A stretch of DNA of 64,000 bases from NCBI RefSeq assembly GCF_032062105.1, contig NW_026925523.1, positions 124,001 through 188,000 on the forward strand, given 5' to 3'. Every line of letters begins with the position of its first letter. Within the stretch, counting starts at the first letter, position 1. This DNA is from Saccostrea cucullata. Taxonomy: Eukaryota. Below, in pieces: positions 62,367 through 64,000 of this stretch. The notes below the pieces were generated by a model. The model saw only the letters and a list, made by a program, of their open reading frames with translations. It searched no databases and was not told where the DNA came from. Made by a program: the position numbers and the translations under genes.

Positions 62367-64000
62367 CAAAGAAAGGTGGCATGGTCACCCTTGTCAAATT
62401 GGATAGTAAAAAAAATCCATAAACTGCACATTAAAGAGCTGATTCAGTGATATCTTTCTGCAGCAAGCATGCACTGCCCTTGGATTTATAATAAAATTAA
62501 TTGAAATATGCAGACTAATTAGTAATTGTTTCAAATATTCTTACATTTTAATAGACCTATGAAGATACATACTCAGCATGTATTTATACTTTTAGCCAGG
62601 TGAAAATTATGAGGAAAGGCAAAATGGTAAAAATCAGCCTATGTGATTTTTCTGTTTTTTTTTCTTACCATTTTGCGTTTCCTCATAAAATTCACCTGGC
62701 CTGGTATATCTATTTTTTTTTTAAAAAGGTATATTATACTTTAAGGTATTCAATGTATAATGAACTTCAAGTGATTTTGAACGATTTCAAATATTTTTAA
62801 ACTAGTTAAAAACACATTGCTAGATAACGATAAAAGTGAAATGAACCAAATTCACAAGACTGATTATATGTAAGCAGACAGTCACTTTGCACGTTTATAG
62901 TTTTTGAAGAGTTATCTGCTCTTGATGAAAAGAAGAAAAAATTTTATTTCTCAAAATTTCTGTGGTAAATAATTTGTTTTATTTCATGGTTTAAAAAAGA
63001 GGGCGTTTATGCATATTTTCACCAAGATAGTAGTTTGAAATTCAAATTACTTTTTACTTTATCTGATAAAAACATGTGCTCCCCATTGACATCAATGTAA
63101 AATTCAAGGTGCAATTAACTGGACAAAAATTTAAATTTTGTAAATTCTTTTGGTGGAGCATTTTCATTTGAAAACATCTTCAAAATGCTACCATGATTAA
63201 AAATATCGGATCATTCATTTATTAGGTAATAATAAATATATACAAAATTTGGTCGTTATACATCGAATACCTTAAGCACCAAGCTATCATATCCCGAAAT
63301 TTGTTTTCATCTGTAAACCTTTTACTGGTATTTGTAATTTTATTGAATAAGACATCGGTGCATTTCAATATTATAGAAAGAATGTGTGTCTCTCTTTGAA
63401 GCCCAAAATAAACTGTATATGTCCGATCAAAAAGTAAATTAGGAGGTCATAATGGCACTACGTAACAAAGATTCTGTAAAAGTCTCATTAACTTTCATTC
63501 AGAGGATAAAAGAGTTCCGGATAAGGGATGGGTCCCCCAAAGCGTAACAGACGGGCGGAAGTACGGGGAAACAGACGGACATCGCAGGGGTGTCAGAATC
63601 AGTCATTACTTTAAGAAAGACAACTCTTCTTTCCTAAGATCTCGAACTACATGTTAACCAATTACTCATCCAATACTGTTCTCCACCTGTAAACCCTCAG
63701 ACAGGGGTCTATAAAAATCTAGCAGTGTAATTGATAAATTACAAATGAAATGTATGTAAATGAATAGATTTAAATTTGTGGTTCACTTTTCCCTCCAAAA
63801 AAGTGAAAGAGAGCTACCTGGGATGTTAACATAGCTTTATTTCTCCGACATCTCAAAATATTATTATATCCATATTGTTTCTAAAATATCCTGTCACTAA
63901 TTCTGTAACAAAGGAATTTCCAAATTTCTTGTCCAAGGATTTTGTATAAGACACGTTTCAAACGCTTCGGACGGCATTAATTAATAGTATCAGCCCTGTC

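Noticed and set aside
63451-63470. miR-263/183-like mature sequence (aatggcact...)
   Set aside because: Only the first 9 nt match and no hairpin partner is visible.

Overview
AT-rich eukaryotic genomic DNA, probably from a bivalve (oyster-like, inferred from the repeat types). It holds two spliced + strand genes. (1) A TIMMDC1-like gene (Tim17-family complex I assembly factor), CDS 1100-5001. Six coding exons are clear and one is unresolved inside a locally duplicated, garbled-looking segment. (2) A complete LRIG/Lambik-family receptor gene, CDS 27156-60602, with 19 coding exons, all GT-AG and phase-consistent, totalling 3666 nt (1221 aa): signal peptide, LRRNT, about 16 LRRs, LRRCT, 3 Ig domains, TM helix and a long cytoplasmic tail. 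The ~22 kb between the genes and the introns contain non-autonomous elements: a hAT MITE with 8-bp TSD, Tc1/mariner MITEs, a Kolobok-like MITE, Helentron-type satellite-carrying elements, tRNA-derived SINEs and microsatellites. Most ORFs in the supplied track are spurious. I found no convincing new multi-gene system. The best leads are the uORF / dual-frame signal-peptide arrangement at the LRIG start, the phase-symmetric LRR exon cassette, filled and empty hAT sites side by side, and CpG-retaining intronic patches.
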